From Asterias rubens (Eukaryota): DNA of 64,000 nt. Of the stretch, positions 12,601-26,800 are shown piece by piece. Both the position numbers and the translations under genes were made by a program. The stretch lies in NCBI RefSeq assembly GCF_902459465.1, contig NC_047070.1, forward strand, positions 13,516,001 to 13,580,000. Direction: 5' to 3'. The stretch's first letter is position 1. The number at the start of each line of letters is the position of its first letter. The notes beneath the pieces were generated by a model, which saw only the letters and a program-made list of their open reading frames with translations, made no database searches and was not told the origin of the DNA.

Positions 12601-15600
12601 GTCGCCTCGAATAAGAGAACAATGAGTTGTAAAAAACATGTAGTTATTGTTCTGATTTGTATTGATTTATATGATGTGTTTGTAACTATAGAATTATAAC
12701 GCTTTTGGTTTCCCTCTCTCTAAAAACAAAAGTCAATTATATATAAACCTATATAGCTATATGCCTCTGATAGGCAGGCCTATACATGAAATTGTTTGCA
12801 GACGGATTCCTCCATAGAGCAAATTGCCCGTAGCTTGCGTGTGCAGATTTTACGCACATTATGCTTGACGAGGTAGTCGCCTAGGCAGGAAGAGCGGGAA
12901 TGTTTATCTTGAAATATTGATGATTTCTGGAATTAAATTTTGTTGCCGTGAACGAAACAACCTTTAGCATGGTCTTCTCGCACGTTGTACACAGGAAATT
13001 GCCCCTGAGTACTGAAATGAGTTCCATTCATCGTTATCAGAACAAAGTCATGAGCGTGCATCGACGTCCCGTTGTCGCGTCAACGTAGGCGAATCATTCC
13101 TTAACGGTTGCACGTTTGTTCACTGGTTGAAACAGACAGGAAATTGGCTTACGGCCGGGCTACTCTTCTAGCTTGCAACTTTGTCCTGGTCGGTCACGCT
13201 TGCGCTGTTATGGAGAGAAGACAAATAGCGTCTCGTTTCTAATATTAGAACGGCATGGAAACTCTAACTGATCATTCCATTTACAGTAAACCTACAACAT
13301 AACAAATGCTGCCAATATATTTGTTTTTAAGTACCTGGAGTGACGTAAACTATTAATGAATGACCCGATTCACCTAGGGCGCCCTCTGTTCTATATACAT
13401 TGCCAAGTCACGTATGCTCTATACAGAAACACGTTTTAGCTAAATCAGAACACTACATCTTGTAAACTACTTGTGACTGGTTCCTGTTTTTAGTTTTTGT
13501 AAGGCAGATCATTGTAACTTCATGGGCTTGTTAAGCTTATACTTGGGCACGTTATCAGTATGGTCACGTGACAGAATTGGTATATGCGGCTCAAGAACAA
13601 TGCCTTTCAAACTAAAACCTCATCCATAATCCTATTGAACTTTAACGTATAAATATAATTCAGTATACATGATACAAACGCTGAATGTTTATGAGTGCAA
13701 TGGTGAGGTTATTTCCATATGGAACGAGATCAGACCATCTTTCAACGAATGAAAATAATGCCCCATTAGGCGAAATTAAAAGCTCTCCATAAAATGCAAG
13801 TTCAGATCTTTGACATTTTGGAAGGCTGATCAATTAATAATTGCATCATGGCCTGCTCTGCGAGGGCGTTATTAATGCTTTGTATAACTTGTGGCGTGGT
13901 GTGCAATAAATCGAAATGGGATTGGATGTCAATATGGGCTGAATAGAACCAAAGTGCATGGTTTATGACGTACGCAACGTAATAGTTTGAAACCCTAAAT
14001 GAATGAGGCGTGACCTAGTCCTCAAATCAAACGACAATGATCGGTCTACTTTGATCGGGTGTTCTTGTTATATGTTGTTGAAATCGGTTCACAAAATTGT
14101 ATCATGCAAATGCTATTAACATATTTGCATAAATGTATCTTTTATAAATATTATCTTTAAAAAACTATGTTTTTTTCAGATGGAAAATCGTCAACTCGTT
14201 TTTTTTAACAGACTACAGGTACCACACTCGATATCAATTTTACATTAAACTATTCCTTGTAACGTTAATTTATGCAGGCTTTCTAGAAAAATTAGTCATA
14301 AATCAGGACTGGAGCAGTAGTTATAGCCGCTGACAGATCAGATGCGACTTCACTAACGTTTCCCAACCTCCTAACAGCCCACACTAAACATGCCTCGTTT
14401 GTATCTCGTCAACTAACCTTTACTGAAAATAATGTGAATGTTCAACCCAATGGGACATCGAATAACAACCCAGCTTTGAACTGAAAGTCACCTTTTTATT
14501 TTAAACAAAATCAGCAGCAGCTTTATTGACACTTACTTCAAAAACAACGCCAAGAAACACGACGTCTCTTTCCTCCTTGCGAAAATCTGGCGCGGAAATC
14601 TTAACCGATTGGCATTAAACGGACGAAGGAGAGGGATATCAATATAACATAGGAAACGTATCCCACGGCACATGAAGTGACTAGGGAACGACAATGGTGT
14701 AGTCAAAGGCGATATATGCGGATTTTATGAATCGTCAGTGGTCAAGGAGAACGGATATCTTGTCAAATATCTTATTTTGGCTTCTCAGTTTATTTAAACA
14801 TTCCATACAAATAGTAGGACTGCAACGACGCGTCGCGACGACAGAAAATCAATTTTTCAATGTCATCCTTTAGTCGAAATTATTAGAAAGTAACTAATTT
14901 CTGAATCATTGACAAGAATGTTACTTTAAGTTACAAAATCACACAATGAATGAAGCAAAGAACACAAACAGGAGCGTTGTTTTACAAAAGCTACACTCAA
15001 TGTTTTGTGGTTTTGTTTGTTCGTATTTTATTTCTTTTTCTTGTTTTGCTTTTTACACCCACGGGCCCATCCCTACAATAATGTAGCATTAAGTGAACGA
15101 TACACTGTATCAATATCAGATAAATTTCTATTTGGAAACCAATAATCCGCAAAAGACGAGTTGGCCCCTCAAGGCATCCATGAATATTCATAATGGAGGG
15201 CCAATTATCCTAGTTGAGAACACTTGATTCCTCAGGCAAACAGGATAGAATGGCTTCATTTTCAGAAACTTATTCTATTGTGGAGTCTTTCAAACACACA
15301 AATAGGGCAGACAAATCTTGTTTAACCAAAAATAATAGGATCCCAAAACAAAATGCCATGCTTTTGCTGCATGGGCCCCGTATAAACTATGTTAAATGGT
15401 CAGTCATTGATGGTGGAAGTGGGGCATGTGCACCAAGAACGAGTCCTTCGGGTTGGAAGTAAAGTTGTAAGTGCATCGGTGCAGAACATAAACATTCCAC
15501 TTTACCATTGCAAGAAAACAATTAATAAGATTAATGGTAATTATTGTTAAAGAGAAACTTTATGGTTTAGAACCTTTCATTTTACATCTTGTATAACTTA

Positions 15601-16060
15601 CCTATTCCTGTCTAGGGCAGCTACCCTTTTTGAAATTCTACAACCGATTATTGGCTTTTAAGATAAACTGGTAACTTTAACGTCTCTTTGGGGAAATATC
15701 TGCCATCGTTCTCTTGATTGTGGCCATAATTACTAGTTTGACAATATCCTCATTTAATGGGTTTCGAAAGAGTGCATGGTACTCTCCAAAGGGCTGTATC
15801 CAAACTTCCTTTATTGCCTACAATTTTCTGGATGGTCTACGTGATCTTTATGATGGTTCCGTTGAGCGGGGTACAACCAAGAGTCATCAATCTTCATTTG
15901 TAATAAATGATTTGTTACTTTTAGAGTCAGCCATGGTTTAAACAATCTGTCGTCAGCGTAGTCGGGAGAGCGAGTCGGTGGTTTTTTATTAATCTTGTAT
16001 GTGCATTACTAAAGCCCAATGGTGTCACAATTTGTTCTTTCCCTGATGTTTTTTCTTATT

Positions 16061-16302
16061 AGTTTTGAATTTTATCCATACACCGATGTGTGTTAGCACT
16101 GTTTACTCAGTACTTTCCCAAGTCTTGTGAAAAAAATATCACAGGCATGAAACTCGGGTGGGATTCGAACCCTCGACCCTGCAATTCTATAGAGCAGTGT
16201 CTTACCAACTAGACTACCGAGGTTGCCCGGTAGCTAGAGGCAGTTCGAATCCTATGTTTTGGCATCGGTGTCGCAACGATATAAGAGATGTTAAATTTGC
16301 AT
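16061..16302 (-). repeat. Monomer of the ~256 bp repeat containing a tRNA-like unit
   Basis: Homologous to 50095-50290 and 57480-57820. The minus strand carries GTAGTCTAGTTGGTAAGACAC and GGTTCGAATCCC. Confidence 0.8.
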
Positions 16303-19024
16303 TGTTGTTTTTTTATTCTGCATTTATTTATGCATTTGTAAACCCATATACTTGTAAAAACATTGATAGTTTTAATCCTGCTGGGCACAAACGAAGCATC
16401 TCCTTAAAACCAAAATTAATCCGCGATGAAAAAAATTCAGTAGCCTCAAAAAATGTGCATGCCCATGATCTGCGCATGCACCGCGTAGCCCACGGACAAT
16501 CGCCCGAGGGGTTTAAGTTGTCATCACGATGCGGACATGGGAGGTTTGAGTTACCAGGGAGCCCCGATTGCACCACTGTCATCCGTCACGTAAAGCCCCC
16601 CAATTATTCGGCGTCACGAACCGCCCACTCGGTGTTTTATGTCCCGTCTCATCCCGGAGGTCGCCTTGGTATCACGAGGCACGTTATAGATGAACACGAG
16701 ACGGTAAACTACTACCCCCTTGGATGGTTAGATGACCAGTTCGAGCGTTAAGGAGGAATATGTTTACCGGTGTGAATACCGGCTTGCTTCTTATTATTAT
16801 GCGTGCAATGCACAGAGAGATGTTCCTAGTATTCCGAATTTAGATCAGCAAAGATACTTTGGTAAATAATGCTGTGGATGAGGCCAATTTAAAGAAGCTG
16901 TTTGGCTCAAAATGCAGGAATGGTTTGTCAACAAGAGTGTCACATACACACTACTCTATGTGAAATATGTCATGCCAAATCATGTTTGAGAAATCACCTC
17001 GCATGCCAGCCTCCTTAATGTGAGGAAGAAAACCAGACCTAATATTTATTAGCAGATATTCTTCTCTCAAATTAATTTAAATCAACGAGGAAATATTTGT
17101 TTACATTATCTTTTTAGAGCCTTATGTGGGACAAAGAAAATTAAATGTTTCAAACTTTTATAAAACACGAAGAGATGATGCAAAATTAATTGATTTGTAT
17201 TTATAAGACGCAGTTATGATAACGTCATTTTATTTTATTTTAAGAATACAGTAGAGCATTTAGCGACCACAATCTTTTTTTGATTACGTTCCCCTTATTT
17301 TAGCATAGTAATGTTTGTATCTTTCTCTTTAAAACGATACACGGCAAGAACAACTGAGGTAATGAATTGTATAACTGATTTGCTTTCACCGGCTTTTGAA
17401 CGTCGAGTTTGACTTCGATTTGGACCCCCCCCGTTTAAAATGAATACAAAATGTAATACAGCGTTTACCAATGCTCCCCCTTCTCCGCATTTGAAGCGCT
17501 TCGTACCTCATTTTATGAAATTTCACAACTTAATTAAATTTCGCGCTTATTGAAAACTCGAGGGTTGAAATTACTCTTAAAAAAACCAATGTACCTACCT
17601 TTAATGTTATCTTTTCTATGATATGAGGTTCTGGGAGTCTATGGAGCAGCCAGGCAGGTAAGATAGTTTGCGTGGGTGAGGCAGTGTATCCACTTAATAA
17701 TGCTTCACAACCATAAGCTACCTGCAACTCAATCAAAACTGAAAACCGTCAAAGTGCAGAAGGCACGAATCGCAGTCGATTAAAACATCAACCCTTCAAA
17801 CAATATTATCACAGTATACTTTTCCACATCCAATATTACTTTTTTCATTTTGTTGTAATAGTCTTGACTTTATACGTGCGGTTGGAATGGGCTACCATTG
17901 CAGCCTGATCGTTTGATCTCGGATGCGCTCACAGCCGTGAGTTCCGTTCCCTAAGGCTATTGACTATGGGAGTGCATAAGGCATACATCTCTGTGCAATT
18001 TTTTGAAGATATGCGTAAGCTGTAAAACATAAGCAAAGCAACCATCGACTTGTGTTTTTATTTTGAAAAAGTAGTTTCAGTGTTTGAACACGGATGTTCA
18101 TTTCATCAGAGTGAGTTTAGCTTGTTGAACTTTACAATCCATATTCTGTCGGGGAACTCCACTGATGAGTCCAAAGGGAAACCTAGTCAACACCTGAGAC
18201 CCAATTGGACCAAGTAGCTGTCCCAGTGACGACAGCTTAGTATCAGGGAGGGACCTTATGGTGAAGTCGGTGACGCAATTTGACGGTGAAACTGTTGTGT
18301 GTTTTGTGTTGCCATTTGCAGACAGACATATAATTGTTAGCAAAAAGTCAACACAAATATTTTGTTTAGTGGCGAAATGCAGATCTTTGCGATCCATAGG
18401 CACCGTTTTTGTACATTTGTTAGATGCACAAATATTTACGACCAGTTGAGCAGAGTAACTTGGCTATATAGCGTAGGATTACATGGCATTTGGGTAGTCA
18501 ACAGAGCGATATGTTTTTTAAAGCACATTTCTGAGCTTCACCATTTGTTGAAAAATTCTGGGTCATCTCGGATAAACCACTTATTTTGTGCACAATCCTC
18601 TACTTTCATTTCACGGGAACACAAATTTGCCCTTTTTGATTTAAACATTTTAAGTGTAAAATGTTAAGTGTTGTTAGTAAGTATATAAAATAGTACCGCA
18701 GGGGACAATATCAGCTAAGATTGGCATTGGAGGATAGTGTATATTCACACCCAGGTTTGTATCACTGTCATTTATAATACAACAATGAATTGTTCAATTT
18801 GTGGTCAATAATTGGAAAAGAACTAAACCTCACCTAATGGTTTGATATATATTTTTTCAAAAATCGTCTGAAATTCCCCACCCAGTTCTCATTCAGTTCC
18901 TCCTTATTTTAGGGAGAATAAATTGCCATCCAAGAAGTTATAGAATAATAGGTTGTCAAGTAGTTAACAACGAGGAAATTAAGATTGCATGAGCAGTGAG
19001 TTCACTGTAGTTGATGATGGTTAA

Positions 19025-19391
19025 AGCCATTATACACTTTCGGCACAGAAAAGAAGAAAAAAAGTTCACAGATTTACAAATAACTTACAGGGTTTACAGA
19101 AGGAAATGGTGAAAGACTTCTCTTTAAATTTTATTCCATGAAATGCTTTACTTTTCGAGAAAACATTAAAACAATTACCAATTCTCGTTGTCGAGAACTA
19201 CGGATTTAGTTTAAACACACATGACACGGCGAGACGTGCGGAAACAAGGGTGGATTTTCCCTGTTGTTTTCTCCCGACTCCGATGACCAATTGTGCCTAA
19301 ATGTTCACAGGTTTGTTATTTTATACATAAGTTGTGATACACGAAGTGTGGGCCTTTGGACAATACTGTTTACCGAAAGTGTCCAATGGCT
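19025..19391. mobile_element. TTAA MITE family C (Kolobok-type)
   Basis: TTAA|AGCCATTATACACTTTCGG...CCGAAAGTGTCCAATGGCT|TTAA. Further copies at 49412 and 61776. Confidence 0.85.
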
Positions 19392-21090
19392 TTAAGTATG
19401 GAACTGCGAGTAAACCATGACAACTTGTCAAATTGTGTTGACATTGTCAGTTTATCAGGTTTTAAATTGCTTTTCAATGACAGAGTCAATTCGTTGGGAA
19501 CATCCATCATGTACAGGGGGAAGCTAAAAAACGATTAAGGCTGTAAAATAACTAGAACATATTTAACTATTTACGTCATCAGAAACGGCCTGCGTAAATC
19601 TAAAACTAAGTGACTACTTTGCACTTGAAACTAAACGAACGTATGCGGCAGAGAAAATGCTTCATCTTGTTTCGCTGAGGGATGCGAAATTGCATTACCA
19701 AAGTCACACAAATCTTGAAAAAAAAGCCGGCAAGGTTAAACATTAAAGTTTATAGCATCTGCAATCACATTTGATTATGGTAACAATAATTATGGTCATC
19801 AGAGCATTAGTTGTTTGCTTACAAATGAGGCCACCATCCTCATTGAACAGGACGAACAATTTGTAACCCATTTTCAATGTTTTCCCTCATACAGTGAAAG
19901 TATATAAAAATCACAACTAACCTGTGTCAATTTTACGTTGCACTGTTAACACATCATTTTTTTTTTGGAGGACACTCATGGGGGCAGGAATAGATTAAGG
20001 GTGTACAAAGTGATACCTGTGTAAACATAGGCCTACATCGCAAGATTCATTTACGTTTTTGCGATTTTGATATACTGCTCGCCATTAAAAAATCATAATT
20101 TCAAAAAGACTTAGTTAGATCTTACAATAGTTTATTTGCATCAAAGAACAAGTTATTAGTCTAGTCACGTCTGGAATTTTGCCCATCGTTTTGGATTGCT
20201 CATCCGCGAACGTATAATTTAAGTCGAACATTGTTTTTTTTTCTTTCTTTCTGAAAGATAGTGTCACTCCCTTAATCGCCATATTATAACTTATATCATC
20301 AACAGCATTCTCCGATTCAATGCTTTTACGAGCTTCGGTCTATTGGTCTACTTACTAAGTGTTTTTCGGAGCACTGGCTGCTCCCTTAAAGCATAATTGC
20401 AGATGTTCCTTAAACACCGCATGTTCTTACCGACCGAGACTTCATGTCCATTTACTCGAGTAAACCACATCTCACATGAGAACACTCTTCCCATTTTACC
20501 CGCCCTTGTAAAGCAACATCAAACATAACCAGACAGCAAAAAGAGCACGAGGAAAGAGGAAAAGAGAAAAGGCGGGAAATATTGACATTTTCTGAACCTC
20601 TCGTCCGCTACAAGCTCCTGGGATGAGATACGCGGAGGTTTCTGGCCGAGTAATGGGCGCTTGACTAAAGAGCACGTGTGGAAGTCCCTGGGCGGTTTGT
20701 CCCTTTCCCCCTATTCTATTCCCTCTGCCCTTCTCTACTCTTCTTAACAAATTCGTCTTCTTATAAAATACCTTCAACCGCTGGAATGATTACGGCCGTC
20801 GAATATTTTGGAATAAGAACTGATCACACAATTACTGATACAGTGTGGGGACTTGTGGCGAGTCAAATGGGTTTAAGTTTAATCTAATCTCAAGTGATTT
20901 TAGCCGAGTAGATTCGTTGGGGGCAGATTAAATTTGGATTGATTGTTGTGAATGATTAGATTCTGCGTGAGTTACTGGATTTGTGCATTTCCAAATCGCG
21001 CTGTACAATTCTGCATATTATACTAGTACCGTGGTGAATACATACGCGAATAGCGACAATACATCTAGCTGTTATCTGTATCATACAAAA

Positions 21091-21234
21091 ACAAACAACA
21101 ACAACAACAATTGCAAAAACATCAACAATAGCAGAAACAACAACAACAAACCAACAAAACAGCTACTTATAATGGAACACGTACAACTTGACATTATTCT
21201 GTGCATCTATATTTATTTATTTATTTATTTATTT
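21091..21234. repeat. Imperfect (AAC)n followed by (ATTT)n microsatellites
   Basis: Directly visible: AAC runs at 21091-21150 and ATTT repeats at 21211-21234. Confidence 0.85.
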
Positions 21235-23269
21235 TAAATCTTGAGACATATACAATAGTTACAAGTTGTACAGGGGCTGTCAAGGTTAAAACAAATAAAA
21301 CTGTCATCAAAAGATGTGTAAAACCAGACTCCTGCCAACGATAAAAATATAATTATACAATATAAAAAGGTGATTGCACTGAAACATTTTAAAATCACAC
21401 AAAATAAATCATTAAAACTCAAGCAAAACCAGACTTTTGAAAACAAAAAACTACACCCACAACAAAACACCGCAGCGATAAGAGGAAGGGACAACAATTA
21501 AAAATAAAAAACCCATAGAATGGACTAAAAACCCTAAAAAAAAATTTTTTTTAAATGGCACAGAATGCACCCTCACAGATTCATGCCAAACCCACATTTT
21601 AAAACACACAAGCTTAACATTTCGCATATTATTTAGACAAACAAGCCAAACAGTGGATTGTTAACTCCCTGAATGTTTTTTTCAAAAAGGGAGCACAACA
21701 AATCAGCTTATTATTTTAAAACAAAACAATCGGGATCCGTAAACTGACATTTTGGGGGACAGTCCTCGGTTTGTTTCGGTATAAAACCAGTGGGGACGTC
21801 GCTAAAAAAGGTCATGGTATGTCCTCGGTTTAAACCATTTTCTGACAGTGTGTGTACGGTAGAGGCGGGGAGGGGGGGGGGTTGCCCATGTATAAACCAC
21901 TCACGTAAATTAACCAGCCGTCTCTTCGCGCTGCACAGTTTGTTTACAAGAATCTTGTGTAAGACTTTTGACTAAAACGCCGTGTCCATGTTTATCTGGC
22001 GCTTTGTGCTGATTACACAATCAATGACGTCAGAGCAGGGTGTTGCTATGGCGGCGTAATATTTTGTTCCAATTTGCAGTGTCGTTATTAATTATTGGTG
22101 AGCGATTTACTGCCGTGCTGGAAATCTTGCACAAAGATTTGTTGACAATGAGGGATTCGAGGAAGGTTGAACCTGGGAGAAAATTTCAATACATAGTTAG
22201 TTGACGACGGGCATGCACGCCTCATTAAATAAAATGAGATTTCATTTTTCAAATGGAGTTTTAGTTCCATTGCTGTTGTCATATTTTCAGTGCAGGGAAA
22301 TATGTAGAGGTCTATTTGAGCGTAGCCAAGCAATCGGTTTGGGACTGTATTTATAAGTTGGGAAGATATTTTGAAAGATAATATCTGAAATGTCAGTCAT
22401 TTTGTAACTGCTGAATGTGCTGAGCGTTTGATTTATACCGTGGAAATAATAAGCATCACTGCATCTGACATTGCAATGTATGCGATATCAATCTGTTTAT
22501 TATTCATAATTCAATATGTTAAGCCCATAGCCAAAGAACAAACAATTTATATAATCAGAGATTAACTAGAGAAACACGAAAACGGATCTTATCTGAAATG
22601 TCACTAGAGGGCGCTTTTGGTTTTATAGATACGCAAAAGTCCCGTATTCTGTGTTGAGAAGGCTCGACAGTGTTGTCCACACACTTAGCAATGGGTCTGG
22701 GGAGTTGGGCTTACCAGGTGGTATTGACTGACTTTAAATAGCCACTTCCGTTGCTGTGGTATCCTGTTATAATGTGTATGGTGGTGCTTTCGACCACCAA
22801 GAAAGGATAAATCAACTTTAAAAAATGCAACAATTAAATATTTTGTCTCATTTTTTTTTCTTGAAAAGCAGCATTGTTGGGATAGAAAAATCGCATTCTG
22901 CCCAGCCTGAAACCCTACTGCCATGTACAATGTATTCACTTGATTTTTTTGTCGAAATGACATGCATTTTGAATCGATGGAACTTTTCGTTTTCAAATTA
23001 ACCAACAACATATGGGCCATTTCCGAATTGGTTGGTTCACGGTCGTTCATGCCATCGCCTAGAGCAACAGATGTAGCCAAAGCCGTCAATTCGGTTACGG
23101 CCTATAAGCAAAGTTCTTGCTCGAATAAAAAGGTGTGGGACCCTGCTAAATGTGTCCCCCCATAAACCCATAAAGTTTCTCAAGGAAACTTAAAACGTAT
23201 AAACATGTATTCACAAGGCCAATAGTGATGACATTTTAAAAATGAATGTAATCATCTTGTTTCACTTAA

Positions 23270-23635
23270 AGCGGTGGACACTATATTTGGTAATTACTCA
23301 AAATAATTATTAGCATAAAAACCTTACTTGGTAACGAGTATGGGGAGAGGTTGGTAGTATAAAACATTGTGGGAAACGGCTCCCTCTAAAGTAAAGTAGT
23401 TTTCGAGAAAAAGTAATTTTCCACGAATTTTATTTCGAGAATCTGAGGTCTCGAAATCAAGCATCTGAAAGCACACAGCTTCGTGTGACAAGGTCGTTTT
23501 TTCTTTCATTATTATCTCGCAACTTCGATGACTGAGTGAGCTCAAATTGTCACAGGTTTGTTAATTTATGCATATGTTGAGATACAATAAGTGAGAAGAC
23601 TGGTCTTTGACAATTACCAATAGTGTCCAGTGTTT
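23270..23635. mobile_element. TTAA MITE family A
   Basis: TTAA at 23266-23269 and 23636-23639, with family A internal sequence. Confidence 0.85.
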
Positions 23636-23639
23636 TTAA

Positions 23640-23820
23640 AACAATGTACCTCTTATCTGGCTGGTCTCGTCCGTCAGTCTGTCATTGTCTAGTCCTAGTC
23701 TTGTCTGTCCCAGGGTAAATTTTAAAAAGCAATATGCTTCAAATGTTCCCTGCATGTTGGTAGTAACTGAACGGAGTATCTTTTGCCATGTTATAATATT
23801 GTGTTTCAATTGATGCTTGT
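23640..23820. repeat. ~185 bp segment duplicated at 47455-47640, in both places directly after a family A MITE
   Basis: ACAATGTACC...CTTATCTGGCTGGTCTCGTCCGTC...GTGTTTCAATTGATGC is present at both loci in the same orientation. Confidence 0.85.
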
Positions 23821-26800
23821 ATTGCATTTTATGCTTTTGTTTGTTGATACCAAAAAAAGGAAAAAAAGAAAAAGAAATAGTCTACATACAACAAATAATA
23901 TTATCAAGAAACTAAATAATTCTCAGCTGTCCGCTGCAAAATACCTTCTTCATTCAACACAGAGGGCGCTTTTTCCTTATGCCATAATCTGTCGGCAAAC
24001 CACGTTTATCATTGTGGAAATATTTAAACTCGTTAATACCGTTTAATAATAAACATTCATCATATAAGTGTGAATGTTAATTATATTCATGGATAAGTTA
24101 GTTGATAGAGTGATGCTCTTCTTATTGAGGTACCGCGTGTTTGTTGTGTCACGTTAACCACACCAACAAGAATTTCACGAATGGCGAGAATCTAGAATTA
24201 ATCGTCTGCTCTGAGGCAGGGGATGACCCCAGTGCAATCTTTACCAATGGCTTAATTGGTAATTTACACACAAGTGTAAAGGAAAATGACAAGTATGTCT
24301 TATACCTAATATTTATTTTGCCACTGCCTTAGTTTGCTACGGAATTAAAGACGTTTTATTATTTTATGCAGAGGCGTTTGAGGGATGCAATTCATTTTTT
24401 TTGTGGATGATTTGTATGACACTTTCGTAAAACCCATTCATGAAAGCTACAACAGAGACACATTCTCAACTATTTGTTTTTCTCATAATGGCTTGTTGAT
24501 TGTTCCTGTGTATTACGTCATCACATTGACTTCGTTGCTTTTGAGTACTTTTATTGTGATGTCACTGCGAGGACGTAACTAACCTTCACTTTGTGATATG
24601 AAGTGAGATTCTAGTGTCCCGTTTGTAACCATGGCTTGAATGTCTCTCAGTGGGGCACGCGTGCATTCTGAGTTAGACGTGTGGATGAGGTGGATTGGCT
24701 CAAGCCGGTCACGTTATAGGAACCATAAATCAAATACCTCTATAACCGCACACACCCGGGCTAGATATAGACTAGGAACATATATAGGCATACTATTATG
24801 CTGCAATTATAACGGTCATTATACTAAATACCATTATGTAGTACAGGGTCAATAGCGAAACGGTTTTCCTTAAAAAAGCAAAATAATTGATTCATTCACG
24901 TTAGCGATGAGTTTCATATTGGAGGGAAAAAATTACAATACATTCAATAAAGATGGTATGAAATTAAAATTAAAATATGTCGCTTTTAGAAAAAAAACTG
25001 GAAGTTGATTGATAAATTCTTGGTGGGTATAAGCTTCGAAACTGTGAGCAGTAGGACCATACGTTTACTTTTAAGGCCTATTGTCTCCTTACTTATAATT
25101 TTATAAGCAAAGGTGCATTTTTAGAGACATGGTTGGTACCCTTAGTCCTTTTCACCCACCAGATGTAACCCAATTCAACCCAATATCTAACCCATCACCC
25201 AAATTTAACCCACGTTAACCCGAATCCAACATTACACTGTGTACTATATGCACCCAGCCCCTCTGATCAGCAACCCATTGTAACCTAAACTATACCGAGG
25301 GGCTGTTTCTCAGACAAACCCTAATGTATTACGACACATATAAGACGAAGTCAGAATTGATATAAACTGCTGAACAGATTGATTACATTCAATCTGAAAG
25401 CTCTCTGTAACAGAACCAAGCTTCTTAAAAGAACTAGGCCTACCTGAAATGCTTATAGCACATGAAAAAAACAAAAACGCAAACCCCGTAGTTTATTTTT
25501 TAACTGCAATACTAATTAAACCTAAAATGATCAAAGGCAAAAAATCCCCAAAGCATTTTATTATTATTCTCTAACATTAGGCCTAACAAAGTTTGTGATG
25601 TAAACAGTGAGGCTGGTTGTCTTTATTGCAAACTAGAGAATGGAAAATAATTATATTTTATTCTCTAACAACTTAGCTTTTCCTTTTAGAAAGGTAAACG
25701 TCAAGACCAAATCTATTCTGATGTCAAAACAGATTATTGAAGATTAACATGAAAGTTCACCACCCCAGCAAAATAACATGCCATCCGCTTGACATTACAT
25801 ATACCCACACTATTATAAAAAGTCTGTTGCCAGGAAATCCGATCGTCAAACGTTACAGCAAAAACAAAATTACTTCTATTTAGGAAATTATTTTTGTCGC
25901 AAGATCGGTTTCGACTCGGATGCCACGAGACCAAACACAAAAATAAGAAGCAATAATTGAATGGTCTCGATTTATACAGAAAGTAACTACTCCATACTGA
26001 CTGTATTAAAACAAAAAATCAAATTTTACATAATAATACGTAAAGGTTTTAACATTATTATTGATTCAAAAGCCTGCCAAGTGTTTCACAGTCCCTTTAA
26101 TTCTATTTTTATACATGAATGAAATTTATTTTCATATTTCCCCACACAATAATAACCTAGCCACGATGACATCATCTTTCCCCCAGCTGTCAACTCCAAT
26201 CTGTTCTGAAATCTCCCTGAAGTCCCACCGACTGTTCCCGTCTCGGGAATTTCGGTGACAAATAAGCCGCCCAGCGAGAGAGCAAACATTTTTTTTCCTG
26301 CCCACTGTATGTACCATAAGACCCAAAATTCCTGCACTCCCCACATCATGTGCGAGCCAATTTGTTGTGTGCATACGTGTATTCTTATGCCCGTGGTTTT
26401 CTCTCTGTTGTGTATATGCAATGCCGCTGGTGTTTGGTCAGATAATTAGTTGAGGGCGCTCGTTATTTGACCAAATAGATCGATAGTAGAAGTGGACACG
26501 GGTGCGATACTTCATAACCTGGACGAATTATTTACCTTTTGGTTTCTGCGAGGTGATAGTTTCCTTCCGGGGATGGATTGATTGTACAATTTCTACGATG
26601 GCCTAGAGACACTACCACCCATTACGTATGTCTTTCACTGGTGCCTTAATCTGGCCGGCCGGTATGTATACTGTGTCTACTACACCCTCATAGCTTTAAG
26701 CCCTCTGCCTCCATTGACAAACTTCAGTAGGCACTAGACGTACGGAAAAGTTCTGGTTCGTTCAGGATCAATATTACTCTACGCCATGGGCTCTACATAC

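Noticed and set aside
15660-15941. Harbinger transposase N-terminal remnant on the minus strand (VWIQPFGEYHAL)
   Set aside because: A single short motif with stops around it and no TIRs found.
16158-16751. 197 aa ORF with HDLR...GH, resembling a tyrosine recombinase box II
   Set aside because: It starts inside the antisense tRNA-like repeat, the spacing is short, and there is no catalytic Tyr or box I Arg.
17903-17926. 5S rRNA-like fragment (GCCTGATCGTTTGATCTCGGATGC)
   Set aside because: Only about 24 nt of gapped similarity, with no box C and no flanking match.
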